64,000 nucleotides of DNA from Chrysomallon squamiferum (Eukaryota; Animalia; Mollusca), in assembly GCA_012295275.1 (NCBI GenBank), contig CM022665.1:44454001-44518000 (forward strand). Reading direction: 5' to 3'. The notes beneath the pieces were generated by a model, which was not told where the DNA came from, ran no database searches, and saw only the letters and a list, made by a program, of their open reading frames with translations. Every line of letters starts with the position of its first letter. The first letter of the stretch is position 1. Below are positions 14,403 through 35,002 of the stretch, piece by piece. The translations under genes were made by a program, and so were the position numbers.

Positions 14403-15118
14403 ATGCTATTTATTATTCTAAATTAATATATTTCCATGTTACAAAAGCCTATGTGTGTGTCATAAAACTTTACACCCACACACACACAGACGCACACACA
14501 CACACACACACAAACACATATATTATCATACAGGCAACACCCTGAAAAATGCATGAAATTCTCGGTTGATACACGATAAAACATAAATCCATTCATGGTC
14601 ATATTTTAGCTGCGTAAAATAGGTCGCTCCTCGAGCGATATCAAACACCTTAGATAAGTCAACAAAGCCTATATTTTTACCTACGTCAGTGGTTTTTACC
14701 TCGAGTGTCGGTATACGAGCTATTGTATGAATGTCAGCTCTTCATTTTTTCTTTCATTTAATCGCCGGTTCTTTCATTCATCCGCTGAAAAAGTCGCTCA
14801 TTCAATAAACAGTGGTCATCCATTCATTATATTCTTTCATTTACTTTCAGATACTCACACGTCTGTGGATATGGTTTGTAGTAACAGCTAGTTTTTATTA
14901 GTGTAGAGAAACGCTGATGGCAACACTTTATTGTAAGAGTACATTCATTAAAATTTCACCAGCTGCGTAATATATAAGGCAACACTGGTCCCGATGAATA
15001 ATGCTGAGGATGGGTGGATGGCAGGTCCTCCTCGTCCCCCGGACTAAAAGGATATCGACTTACATATCACCTTGGGAAATACGAGATTTTATTTCACATT
15101 CGACCTTATTATTATTAA

Positions 15119-15158
<40 letters not shown>

Positions 15159-15160
15159 TA

Positions 15161-15202
<42 letters not shown>

Positions 15203-15612
15203 TTTTATTTATTTTATTTTATTTTATTTTTTAATGGAAATGCATTTTACTGTTATGCTTAAATATGTATGTATAATTAGATTCGGAAGATTCCGACAAC
15301 TACGCATTAGTGTATTATGGCAACAATAGTTTTATCTAAGCCAGATTTAAATAAGCTGTCCTGGGTTGGTCCACGCATCAAATACCTTTCATTCTTGAGG
15401 CTAATTCTGCTAAACCGATAGCGAGATTTTGCTTTGTCCTATTTTCAGAAAATCACCTATGACAGGTTGTAATGTATCAAATTAACGCAGTATTTAGGAG
15501 TGTCAGTCCACGTTCATTCATAGTCTCACTCGCTGCACCGACAGTTTATGTTTCGTGGAATGTTTCGAAATGAGTTCATTGCACAGAAAGTAGTGCAAGA
15601 ATTATCTTCACC

Positions 15613-15683
<71 letters not shown>

Positions 15684-16539
15684 AATATTTCAGTATATAC
15701 GTATATACATTAACGCATACAGTACTTGAATACAAAAACTGACTTATAATAAATATATAAATAAGTAAATAAAATTCACCACCAAATTAACACATCTAGA
15801 TTTACAGCACAGTCTCAGCATAAAACTGGCCACGGAAATGGCGGATTCCGAGACAACGTCTGGTCTGGCTTATTTCGAGACGTGAGAAAATTAAGAAAAC
15901 GCGACGAAGCATCAAGACGACTCGTTACTCCCCTAAACGCAACAAGTTTACTTTTGGCGATCAACTGTAGCGCGTGCTAACGTAGGCGCGCGGTGTATTT
16001 TTGAAAACATTGTTGTACAAACTTTAGCTTCATCTGCTACGTCACTCTTTTAAATAACGCCTGTTAGTTTTCCATTTCCTTACAATTTTATCAAGGGAAA
16101 ATGAATAAAATTTAAAACAACAACAAACAAACAAACAAACAAACAAACAAACAGACCCAAAGACATGTTAAAGTAATACTGATAAAAAAAAGAGCTTAAT
16201 TGTAGAAACAGAAATAACACACACACACACACGCACGCACAAAGAACGCCCCCATACAAAAAAAAAAACACTTGTGTAAATGTTTCTGTTTTCGCTAGGG
16301 AGAATTAAAAAAGTTAATGACCAAAAATTACTATGATGTTTCACGTTTCTGTGGAAACTATAGATATTTCTATAAGGTATTATAATTATATATCAGACAG
16401 ACAGACAGACACACACATATTTATATCATAAATAGAGAGATATTAGATAGATAAGTAGAAAGATAGATAGATAACATAGACAGACAGACAGACTGATAGA
16501 TAGATAAATGGAGAGATGGTGAAATAGTATTTGTGTGTC

Positions 16540-16622
<83 letters not shown>

Positions 16623-17932
16623 AAAAAGATCATTCTTATTTTATAAATTCCTTCAGTATTTTAATAAACATTCTCGTATTATAATAAACAGAAGTAAGTT
16701 TCAGATAATGTAAATACTGGCACAGTTTCTATGTATTTCAAACATCGGTTGTTTGGCATACTGTAAGCCAGATGGTTACAGTATGTAAAAAAAAAAAAAA
16801 AAATTACTTCATCATCCAAAATCATTACCAGACGGCTGCCATTAATACGAACTGAACTTATGCTTCGTGAGTAGATCGTGGTTCAGAATATGTTCCACAC
16901 ATTTGTCTGTACACCTTCTCGAGACTGGATCCAAAAGGGAAAAAGGCCTGTTGCTTTTTCTTTCGGGGTGGTGGTGGTGGGGGTGAGAGGTGATGGTGAC
17001 CTTTAAACAACGATGAATTAGTTTATCTGTGACGTAATAGTTTGTACACTTCAAATTAATACAGCGATATTTCGAAAACGTATAAATCAATCGATTGATT
17101 ACAGAGTTATTACAATGCTGATTTTTCATTAACAAATCTTCCCATTTAGATCCACCTTCAAACTCCTCTTGATCCGCTGACATTGTTGTTTAATGATTCA
17201 GTTACCTTGATTCGGTTTATTACATTCTTCAGTTTGCATATTTATATCCTCGTAAGAATTACATCACGTGTTCATTTTCTTAATGTGCGTAACGAAACTG
17301 GAATAGTGTTTCCATAAATTAATCAAATAACTGCGCATCTCTGTAATAATTGTTTTTATTATTCTGTTTCGTATTAATGTTAGTGTTGATGCATGTATAT
17401 TTTACTAATTTAAACTGTTATTATTATTATTATGTTTATTTTTATTTTTTTTAAATAAAAATTAATGCTCTTGTAAAATTATTATCAAATTATATGTTGA
17501 GCACAATATTCATTGAAAAAGTTTATAAAAAAGCAACAGTTTCTCTAAGCTTCAAACAACAACCTGTTATTCCAGTGATTACTGTAATATTTTCAGTAGA
17601 AATACCTGTTTATGAGAGTGAGACTGATTCATCTTTTCATTTTCGTATACGCATACTGTTACATGGTGTTTAATTATGCACAGCCCGTTTTAAAAGATTA
17701 AAATAAATGTTCCTTTCATTTTTTAGTATGTCAGTTGGAAGCCATTTCTTGATGTAATTAAAGCAATAAAATTAAATTCAGTACGTTTTTCATGGGTAAA
17801 CTTGAAGCGATACATAGGTAGAAAAACATGTACCGATCCTTACTGCAGAATAATCAAAACCTCGTCTGCATTTTCCTCTTAAAATGTTGTAAACATATTT
17901 GCATCAAAGAAAAGTATTTAACAGTGTTTCTT

Positions 17933-18195
17933 AGAAGAAGAAGAAGACGAAGAAGAAGAAGAAGAAGAAGAAGAAGAAGAAAGGAAAGGAAGAAAATGAA
18001 AAGAAAGAAAAAATTGATGAACTGCGAATTAATTTAATATCATTGTCTTCAACTTGATTGCTTTCAAGATCATCATTATTATCATTAATGTTTTTAAAAT
18101 TATTGTTATTATTGTTGTTGTTGCTGCTGCTGTAGTTCTGTTGTTGCTGTGTTGCTGCTGCTGCTGTTGTTGTTGTTGTTGTTGTTGTTAATGAT
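17933..18195. repeat. (GAA)n and (GTT/GCT)n microsatellites
   Basis: Direct. Confidence 0.85.
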
Positions 18196-18599
18196 GTTAT
18201 TACTGTCGTCGAAAATGTGGCAATATCATGTTCTGACTGCTCTTGCCTTTGGGCGATTTTCTGATAATTCGTCAACCAAGTTTTTCCAAATTACAAGTAA
18301 ATCATTCTGAAAGGTGACATTAATAATGAAATACTCATGATTGTATTGTAATGACATTGCCGTTAATCGATTATGTTGTCATATGTACGAATAATAATGA
18401 CTTTTAGACTACGCGAATGTACATGATTGGGTGAACATGTTTTATATGTGTATGTGTGTGTGTTCGTGAGTATGTGCGCGTTTGCATGTGTGTCTCTGTG
18501 TGTGTGTCCGTACGATCATTTATATATATATATATATATATATATATGCGTATCTGTGGGGTTTTTGTTGTTGCTGGTGGGTTTTTAAAGTTTATATTC

Positions 18600-18684
<85 letters not shown>

Positions 18685-18947
18685 TGTCGATTGTTCACAC
18701 AGTAAAAATCTCTAAACCCTCAAGATATACGTCTGCATATTGACACAGATAAAAACCAGTAGACCAACTCCAGAATCAGCAGTGACGATTTTGTTCAGCG
18801 AGTAAATTCTTATAAACTTTCTGTTGGTATCTTTCACGTGACAACCAGGAGAGTGAAAGAAACATTTAAATTAATCTTTAAAAACTTACTATAGAAAATT
18901 AAGTACGACATGATTATAATACAGATGGATACATGCAAGCTTTGGTT

Positions 18948-18980
18948 GTATATGAATGAATGTATGTGTGTATGTATGTA

Positions 18981-19033
<53 letters not shown>

Positions 19034-19140
19034 ATGTATGTATGTATGTATGTGTGTGTGTGTATGTATGTATGTATGTATGTATGTGTATATGTATGTA
19101 TGTATGTATGTATATTTGAATGAATGTATGTATGTATGCA

Positions 19141-19182
<42 letters not shown>

Positions 19183-19185
19183 TGT
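18948..19185. repeat. (TATG)n/(TG)n compound microsatellite
   Basis: Direct. Confidence 0.95.
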
Positions 19186-21169
19186 ACACGTGTGAGTGTA
19201 TAAGACGTAGAACACCCTTATTGCTTACACCCACTTAGATATATCGCCTATCAAAGCAAACAAAGTGAAGAGAGTTTGATAGCGACAAATGATCGACTGG
19301 TTTTTACATACACTGGTTATAAAGGACGCCTCTAAATCACGCTGGACAAGTAGTCTTACGTTAGACAGTAACGTAAATCTAATTTATCATTGAGAATATC
19401 TCTTGGATGTTTGCCCAAGTTTTAACTGAGTTTTCGCGATCTTGATTCTTTAAGTGGGTGTGCGTGGGTAGCCGGTCTCTTCACTTTCTGACACCTTATG
19501 CTGAAATTTACTAATGTGAAATTTACTAAAATAAATTATGAAATATTACGTTATTTTTGCATCTGCAATGCGACTGTTTGTATTCATACGTTTAATGTTT
19601 CACACAGTTGCGTAAACAAACGTGCGTTATTAATAAACTGGGCACAAACTGGGCACAAACTGGACTCTGTCTTCTAGCTGTTAAAATGTCGTGGCAGTTC
19701 GTACATCCACACAATCTGTGACAAAGAATTTAAGAATCAGATTAATACAAAACTCATAAATTTACACCCACGTGCATTTTATTAATACACATCCCAGGAC
19801 AAATATGCAGCATATAACAGATTTATATGCAACACACAAGAGACACATACGCAACACTCGCAGACACATGCTTAACACACAACAGAGAAAAACACAACAC
19901 AACAGACACATACAAGCAAAATTCACGAGCCAGAGAGTTTTTTTTCACGACATACTTCATCTATTTTCAGTACGTAAAAAATAAAAAAAATAAAAAAAAA
20001 AAAAGAATTAAAAGAAGATTCGTGGAGCGTACATCAATCACCAAATGTTACGCAATACGTCAAGAAAACTATTTTCACTTTTTAACTATAAACGTATAAG
20101 TATTGTAAGAATTTTATCTATGTTGTATGTGGCACAGTCATGTCCTATCACGTACTGATAGTCAAAACACGTGACCTGAATAACCTTTGTCGTTTTGTTT
20201 GCCAGGTACAGTGTCTTCCTCAAGAAAGACACAATTAACCCTTGATATATATACAGAAATGAAACACAACAATCGGTTTTACAGGCTGAAGCAGAATGGG
20301 TGCTGTTAGTGCAGTTTGCCTGTTGTGACGTTTCAGTCTGACTAATTATCCCGTGTTGTATCTGTTCAAAATGTGGCAAAAATCCAAGGCTGTATCTTAA
20401 TTAGAGAGTGAATAATTACCTTATGCTAAAAAGTGATTACGTGCATATCGCATTACTTTATGATCGGTGGTGAAGGTTAATCAAGTACAAATAATAAAAT
20501 CCTTGCCGACCATTAAGTTATACAAAAACAAAAATAATATAGGAATATTATATATATATATATATAAAATTCGAAGCCAGATATTTTTTGCATAATTTAT
20601 AATAAAAACAAAAGTATTTTGATTGATCTGTCGTCAAATGTTATTTTTATTTATTTATTAAGTTTAATGAATATTATTATTTAACACAACAGTTATTAAT
20701 TTAAAATATATATATATAACTTTTCTATAATGAAACTTGAAAATGATGCTACTTTCGGTATACTCATATGTAAACTGACTTTGAGCACAGGTTGGAACGA
20801 GCGTGCTGTAATAAGGTTTAGGTATTCACAGCGTGAAACAGCTATATCTCGCTAATACATGTTAATTCTAGAAGTTACAAATTTACCAACACAGCTACAA
20901 TTACTTTAATCAAATTATAATTTTATAAATACACCAGTGTTGTCTATGAACAATGTTTTAATAGTATTTACTTCGAAGAATTTGTATTAATAATAACATT
21001 AAATGACAAATCAAATTGGTTTTAAAGTTTTTATTTTAATCAAGCTGGGATATAAATAAATAAAATAAATAAATAAATATTTATTTATTTATCAGTTTAA
21101 AATTATTAGAATTGCTTCAGTTTTAGGAATCAATCTTTGAAATATTAGACACTATAAAATGACGATTAT

Positions 21170-21310
21170 TCTCTTTCCCGCCAAATTATCTAATGTCGGC
21201 GTTGTTAATTTCCGGCGGATGTAAGGGCGTACACGAAAATGAGGCATTAAGCCGTAGAGGGATCCTGGTATTGATTGACGTTAGTCCACACCCTTGACGG
21301 CCATTTTGTG
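21170..21310 (+). promoter_or_regulatory. Candidate CpG-enriched promoter of the ERM gene
   Basis: Local GC/CpG rise in an AT-rich background. E2F-type TTTCCCGCCAAA at 21174-21185, ETS-like TTCCGG/GGATGT near 21210, CRE-like TGACGT near 21276, YY1-type CGGCCATTTTG at 21298-21308, then a consensus donor at 21357. Confidence 0.6.
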
Positions 21311-21356
21311 AACCGGTTGGTTGCAGAACAACTCTGTGTATTGGAAAGTTTCTACG
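21280..21356 (+). other. Putative non-coding exon 1 of the ERM gene (start approximate)
   Basis: ACG|GTAAGT donor at 21357. The ATG-containing exon has its own acceptor (TTTTTTAG|23201), so an upstream exon is required. Vertebrate ERM genes also have an untranslated first exon. Confidence 0.6.
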
Positions 21357-23293
21357 GTAAGTTGAATGCAGGCTTCATGGCATGCTATTGCTGGTGCTTA
21401 TTCGGTGTCGGAGGATACTAGTTCACAAGTGTATTTTTTAAACTGTCTGATCAGTGGATTATTCCCGGCGTTCCATGGTATGTGATGGTTTGTCATTAGA
21501 GTGAGGGATGGGTTCATTTTTCTGGGACATTGATTCATGGGAGAAAATATTGATCTTTTATTTTCCATTAATCATTTAATGTGCATAAACAGAATTATTT
21601 TAATTTATCTTTTAAAAATACTTTCAAAGCGCATACAATAACTTCGTTTAAATTAGTTGTTAAATAAGTATTTTAACTTTTTTCATCAGTGCAGTATGAA
21701 AAAGTTCATGCATTTCTAAGTAAGTTATTTTGATTTAACATGTATAATATAAAATAACGTACACCAAAATTTTGGTTGTTCGCTTCCTCATATACGGATA
21801 CATATAACTGTCAAATGTCAGCACATTTTAATTTTGTACATAAATGAATTGCAACTTGCATGGTAAAGGTCGGTTTCCAATTTAATTAGTTGAAGAATGG
21901 ATATTTTGTTTCAGATGACTAAATTTGATATGGGAAGTACATTAGTTTTTATTAATTAAAAGCGTTCGCTTTTATAAAAAAAAAAAAAAAAAAATGAGGC
22001 GTGGTCCAAACGTTTTCAAAAAGACCAATAAAAAGTAATTTAAGTATGATATTAAAATAATTTTAACGATCAAAGGCTACCATTAATTTGATTTAAATCC
22101 GATAACAATTTTTAATACAGGTGTGCACGTCTGTTTTATAATGTAAAAGTTGTACTAGAGTAATAAAATGGGAAGGTAATTCATAATTCATAATAATTTA
22201 AAACTGACATTTCTATGGAGTTACGTCCCTTCAGTTTTTAATTTTCAATATTTTTAAAATCAACGGTTACATTTTTTTATTGAGTTCTCTGACCTATACA
22301 CTTTAACAGTTATCCCTTTTTAATTTACAAACAAATTATTTAAATCAAATGTTTGTGATAGTGTATATTAAGTAACGTTTATTTCCATACAGTGGTATCT
22401 ATACTTGACTTGTATACCAACCATACAACCTGTCATGTATTGAACAAATGACAACAAAGCCCTTCCCTCGATTTATATTGTCATAACATGAATTATTTCT
22501 AGATATATCATGCCTGTTTAAAATGGAAAATCCTTTATCTTATCTGTTGATGATTATTTTAAAAGCAGATTTGTAGTAATCAAACAGAACAGGCAAGGAA
22601 AATAAGCTTCTGCTAGAGTGCCAGTCTTCCTGGTTTTTCTGATATGTTTGTTGTACTTTTACACAACATTTGAGAGCCTAAGTAGTGTGCTCTAAATTTC
22701 AATAGTATGTTTGTTTTGGATAGGAACCAGCAACTGGAAATGATACTCTTATCTTGCATTTTAAATTTAGACATGTTATCAGCACTTACTTTGTTTAATT
22801 GGTTCTCAAATAGGATGATTATTTATCTAGGATAATTATTTTTATATATATATCAAACAACCATACAGTTTTGTCATATACAGATTCATACCAGTTTTAT
22901 TTATTATAAATAAAGCAAACATCAGTGTAAGCTATCAGAAACTTGAAATTAAAAATTAGATGTCTTGTTATTTATTAGTAATTTATAAACATAGCCCATG
23001 TAATAATTGTCTAAATTTCCTGTTATATTAAACATCTGGTTAATAATTATGTGTTAATATAACACTGAAGTGTAATAAAATATTAACTGTATTCTAAAAA
23101 TATGAAACGGGCTAATTGACATAACATTAACATGAAGTAAAATTTAGTGATTCTGTTACCTTTAATTATTATTTTTTTAACTTCTATTTTTATTTTTTAG
23201 GTTTGAGTCGTTAATAGGAGACGCCCAGTTGTGTAGATCAGCTGGTATTTTTTGAAATTTTTTTTTCTGCACTGGTGAGGAAAAACTGCAAAA

Positions 23294-29736
<6,443 letters not shown>

Positions 29737-31676
29737 GTGAACCATACAGCCTTAATTCCTGAACAATTGTCAAAAAAAACAAAACAAAAAAACAAAAAAA
29801 ATATATTAAATAAAAATGAATGGGTTGTTCTACTGCAGGTGTTACTGCCAGCAGACGCAACCATTCGCCTTGCTGCCTTTCTGGAAAGTGCTTTCAAAAT
29901 GGCAGTTTTGTGACAGTGTTTCTGACCAGTCATCATTTAAAAAAGAAGAAAAAACAAAAAAATGTATAATCCATATTAATAACTTTTTATTTTTTTAAGT
30001 TTTTTTTTGGCCTGTCCACTTTCATGATTATGAAACTCAAGGACAACAATGGTCTAGAATTTTTTTTTTTTTTTTATATACATACATATATATATATATA
30101 TATATTGAACAAAAATGGTCTTATTATAAGAGACACTGATTTGTGTAAATTAAAGAATCAAAAATTGCAAATGTTAACACTGATTAGGAAACTGGGTGTC
30201 TTGTAATATGGAAATTTTCATTTCGTAATGTAATCTGAAACCTTTTTTTTTTTTTTTTTCTTTTTTTTTTGTACCACGAATTAATATTTTATAATCAGAT
30301 TGTACAGATAACATTTATATTACAGCGTTCTACAGATTTATATTAATTATTTTTACGCTTGTTTTTTATATACAGGTTGTAGTCACGTCTGGTAATGTAT
30401 GTGAAAGTGGTTTCACCTTGACATTGTTGAATATTAATCCTCTTAAGTATTTTATGTAAATACTTATTTTAATAGCAGTGTCTGTTAACTGATGTCTTTA
30501 ACAAAGAACAGAAAAAGGATATATATGTAAAGTGGAATGTTTTATGAAAAGGTCCTGTCAGTGAAATAAAGTAATTTTATGCCACACGGTTCTGACAGTA
30601 TTCAGTTGGCCTGATGAAGATGGATTTTATAAAAAAAGATGGCTACTGGCAGTCACTTGTGGTTATCTTTTCCACTTAATCACAAGTTTATTTGTTGTTT
30701 CCATTAATAATTATGATCTACCAAGCCGGAAGGCATTTTAGGTTTTTTCTATTTTTTTTATTATTTTTTTTTTGTCTTCCTATGCAAACAAGACTTTTTA
30801 CCTTTTTCAATTTTTAAAAGTAATTAAAATGCAATCAAGTTACAGCTTGTGCGCCCACCAACTGTTTAGAAGTAGTCCAGTATCCTTGACCTGATTGTAG
30901 GTGAATTTTGAGTTTAGTTTAACATGCATCACAAGCAAAAGCATTGCTATAATTTATGTAGTTTTAAGTGTAGTTTACATACTCATCGTAGGATATTAAA
31001 GTTTGGATACCCCTAGAGGAACACTTAATATTTAAAGTGATGAGCATTATGGCTTCCTTCCAGTCTACCTACTTGCCACGAATATTTATTCAGAAATAAG
31101 ACTAATGTAATTTTCAGGTAAATACAACTGCAAGCTTTCCCTGGAAAGACTCTTTAATTAAGAAATTTTTGTGCTATTTTATAATTGGTGCTGAATTGAG
31201 AATCAGTTTTATATGTTGACGACTTACCGCAGACACACAGTTTTAGTAAACACAAATATAAATGATTATTATATTAAACTGTTCATTACTCGGGTTGTGT
31301 ATTGTTTTGTAGCAGTAGTGTTGTAAGTATATCACAGTCCAAGTATGGTCTTCGTTTGACAAAGAATGAACAAACTTTTTCTCTTTGTTTAAAGAAACCG
31401 TTTGCCAGCTTTCATATTTGCATTTCACAACAAGCACATCTAGTATTGAACAAAAACTGTTAATAGATAGTTAATTAATCATTATGTTGTATAATAAAAC
31501 CAATAATTTTTTGGGGTTGGGCAGGATTGCAGTATAATCTTGCTGATAACAAAAATTACTTTTGAGAAAGTACATGTACACAAATACGTGTGGGTGAGTG
31601 TTTTGTATACATGAAGCTTAATGGTAAATTAAATTCTAATGCAACATGAATATGTTTATAGAGATTGTACAGAAAA

Positions 31677-31721
<45 letters not shown>

Positions 31722-32235
31722 CTCCAAAGATTTTTATTCTTGTATTTAAAAATGTAAAAGTAAAAAAAAATGTAAAAAAAAAAAAAAAAGAAAAAAAAAA
31801 AAAAAAAAAAATATATAAAAAAAAAATTAAGGAAGAAAAAGTTGACATTTGGTTTGTTGCTGGTGCATAAAATCAAATTCATGAATAGTTTTTTTCATAG
31901 CTGGTTAAAGCATGCATCACTATGATGACATGGCTGGCACATGTCTTTCTTGTAGAGGCTATATATATCACAAAACCAACATTCACACACACAGAGAGAT
32001 CATATTGTCATAGCCTTCACTTCTCTGAAGTAACGTGGGAAAACAGGAATTTACACAAATCATACTGAAGAAAAAAAATTCAAGGGTAACATTTTAACAT
32101 CCCAAACAGCTGTTGATAAGACATCGGTGAAACAATTATTAGTTTTTTGTTTTTTTTAAGGATTCCAGTTCTCATGCAGAAACTTTGTACCAGTTGTCTC
32201 AACAACCAATATGCTTCAACTTTTTATGGTTGGCA

Positions 32236-32290
32236 AATAAAAATGTATAAACTTGCGTGTTTGTATTTGTTTTTAGTGTAATTTGTTTTG
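32236..32290 (+). terminator. Candidate polyadenylation signal of the ERM gene
   Basis: AATAAA at 32236-32241 followed by a GT/T-rich downstream element (GTGTTTGTATTTGTTTTT). Implies a ~2.5 kb 3'UTR. Other AATAAA hexamers exist upstream. Confidence 0.55.
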
Positions 32291-32758
32291 TTGAACAAGT
32301 TCTCTTCCAGGAACATTCTTCATGGTCTAGTTGAAAAAGGAAAATGAAATAAATTTTTATGTATTTTTATATATTTATTATTTTACCAAATGTTACTGTG
32401 TATTTGTGCAAGAAATATAGAGAAGCAAATGCTTTATGGTTTAGAAATAAATTATAAAACTATACTCTGTATGTAGATAAAAAGTATTTTTTATATTTTC
32501 AAATTACAGTGGAGGGGTTAACTTAAAAATTGCAATAAACAGCTGAAAGTAAATTGGAGGATAACTGATTTGTGATGAAATAGCTAAACAAATGTAATAA
32601 GTCATTAACTGATAGGAAGAATTATAATACTTTGAGATTTTGGGGGTGATGGAGAAAGTTAATGTCAGAAAACAAAAATATTAAACCTCTCCATTTTTGT
32701 GTGTGTTAAATTTTATGATTTGTTCTTTCCATCTTGTGTAGAAAGTTTCTCCAACTGA

Positions 32759-32804
<46 letters not shown>

Positions 32805-34917
32805 TTATTTATTTATTTATTAAAATTAAATTTATTTTATTTTGTTATTATTATTATTTTTTAAATATTATCGTGTAATATTTAACGTCAGGAACGTACA
32901 AGAGATAATGTTTACTGACAGCAAATTAGCCAGCATGGAATGTAAATATTTACCATGAAATACATTTGAAAAGAGAAACGTGTGTGTGACGTTGTTTAAT
33001 GAAATTAAATAGCCAGTCATAATAAACATTACATTAACCTCAGAAAAGCTAAATGATACGCATTTTAATTGGCTCACACATTCGACACACGCAAGCTGGT
33101 GTTGGAACCGACGACAAGCATATACCATTTCTTTTTTTTTTTTTTCTTCTCGTGGTGTAAATGAAATTAAATGACTTAAAATGTTAACTGAACATGTAGT
33201 ATTGTTCAACCAACATTATTTGTAAACTAATTATGGATAGATGAATAAAAGATGATTTTAACTGAAGCACATTGCACCCGTTAACCGTTAACAATAAAAA
33301 TAAAAATAAAAAAACAAAAACAAAATGCAAACAACACGAACAACCACAAAAAAAAAGAGAGAAAAATTGCAAACAACAAGAACAACAACAACAACAACAA
33401 AAAACATCATCATCAACAAAACCAAACCAAAAATAAATAAATAAACTGGCAGCCACAAGAAGAAGAATGAATAGGGGTGTAAGCTAGTTCACGAAAACGA
33501 GGAATATTTGCAACCACAATGAAATAAAATATGGTAATAAACTACTTTTGTTTTGTATTTGATTTTATTAAAATGCTTCTTTTTTTTTTTTTTTTTTTTT
33601 TTTTTCGTTTTTATATTTTTTTGTTTTTTTTTTTTTTAAATACGAAAATATATTTACACATTTATAAAGAATTTAATATTAAACAAAAACATTGCAGGCC
33701 GATATTCGTTATATTTATAGCAAATTTTCGAAACGCCCTCCTACAAAGAAACAAAACAAAAAACAGCAACTAACAACCAAAGAACTATAAATAATTAGCA
33801 TATTTAAATCATTACTAGACAGAAAATTTCTGTTTCCATACATACATAAATCCATCGTCTGTCTGATATCTGACTACATTTGTCCTGTTAATATTTTATT
33901 AAGTATAATCTTTTATCTGTTCTGACATTTACGTTTTGTTGTCTTATAATGTACCTAGACCTATTAATACCATGTTAAAATTACTTACAGTAGCACACAG
34001 TAAAATATAATATACTAAACTACATAGGGTTAATAATTTCGCTTAACAACTAGTCTGTGAAAAAATAAATATATTTTAAAGTAGTAGTAGTGTCAGAAGA
34101 GATTAATGTATTATTTTAAAATATGTTTTAAAGAATTTTCATAATAAAAACAACAAAAACAAAAATCGTCTGACAATCTTTGTTAACTGGTTAAATTTAG
34201 CTATTTGGCAGAGATTTATTTATTTATTTATTTATTTATTTTATTATTATTATTATTATTATCATCATAATTTTGTTTGTGTGTGTGTGTGTGTGTTTGT
34301 TGTTGTTTTTTAAATAAAAAGATCAATGCAGTTTTTCAGTGCAAGGGAAATAACTGTAACTTTTGTAATCGACTAATTTCCGAGTGATAGAAGGGACATA
34401 GAAATTAATAAAAACATAAGCGGCTGAAATTAGTTGTCTGCACAAATTTTGCACAAGTCGGCAGCTGTTTGTTAGTTATTGGTTTAGTGATTGTTCAGAT
34501 ATTAAAAAACAAAAAAACAAAACAAATGTTCTTCGCGATCGGTTAAAACACATATTGACAGTTGCATTTATACCTAGGATTGTAAAACATCTGACTTTGG
34601 TTATTAATTCATCCATAAATATATTACAGCTGTGATATAGAAATTGTGAATGTGACAGTTCGGGAATCAATTACAATCTTCTTAATCTGACTCAATTTAG
34701 CCAACGCCTTTCATATTTATGAAAACAGCAACCTAGAAAACAAAAACAACATCAGACCTAATATTTAAAATAAATAATATCTGGATCAATTCTTATTTGC
34801 AGAGTTCATAATTGAGAGATCATCAACAAACAAAAAACAAGATGAAATTTTGATGAAACATTACATTGATTGTAGTAAAAGAATAGGATATTATTGTGTA
34901 TCGAAATTAAAGGTGTA

Positions 34918-35002
34918 ATGGAAGATGTTCTTAAAAAATTGTATAGAGATGCAGCTGCCCCCAAAATGGTTCCAATCAGAACAGCCTGTTTGGCTGCTGT
35001 TG
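34918..35002 (+). CDS. ARFGEF3 exon 1
   Basis: [28 protein letters not shown], donor G|GTAAGA. Confidence 0.9.

Noticed and set aside
16842-17183. 113-aa minus-strand ORF (MSADQEEFEGGSKW...) with a good ATG context
   Set aside because: No family resemblance, intron-like composition after ~20 codons, and no partner exons found. A short exon cannot be excluded without RNA data.
32-20379. Dozens of 60-170 aa ORFs in the first 20 kb
   Set aside because: Most are translations of microsatellites (poly-YI, SL, RE, TH, L, T). The rest show no recognisable domain or coherent splice pattern.
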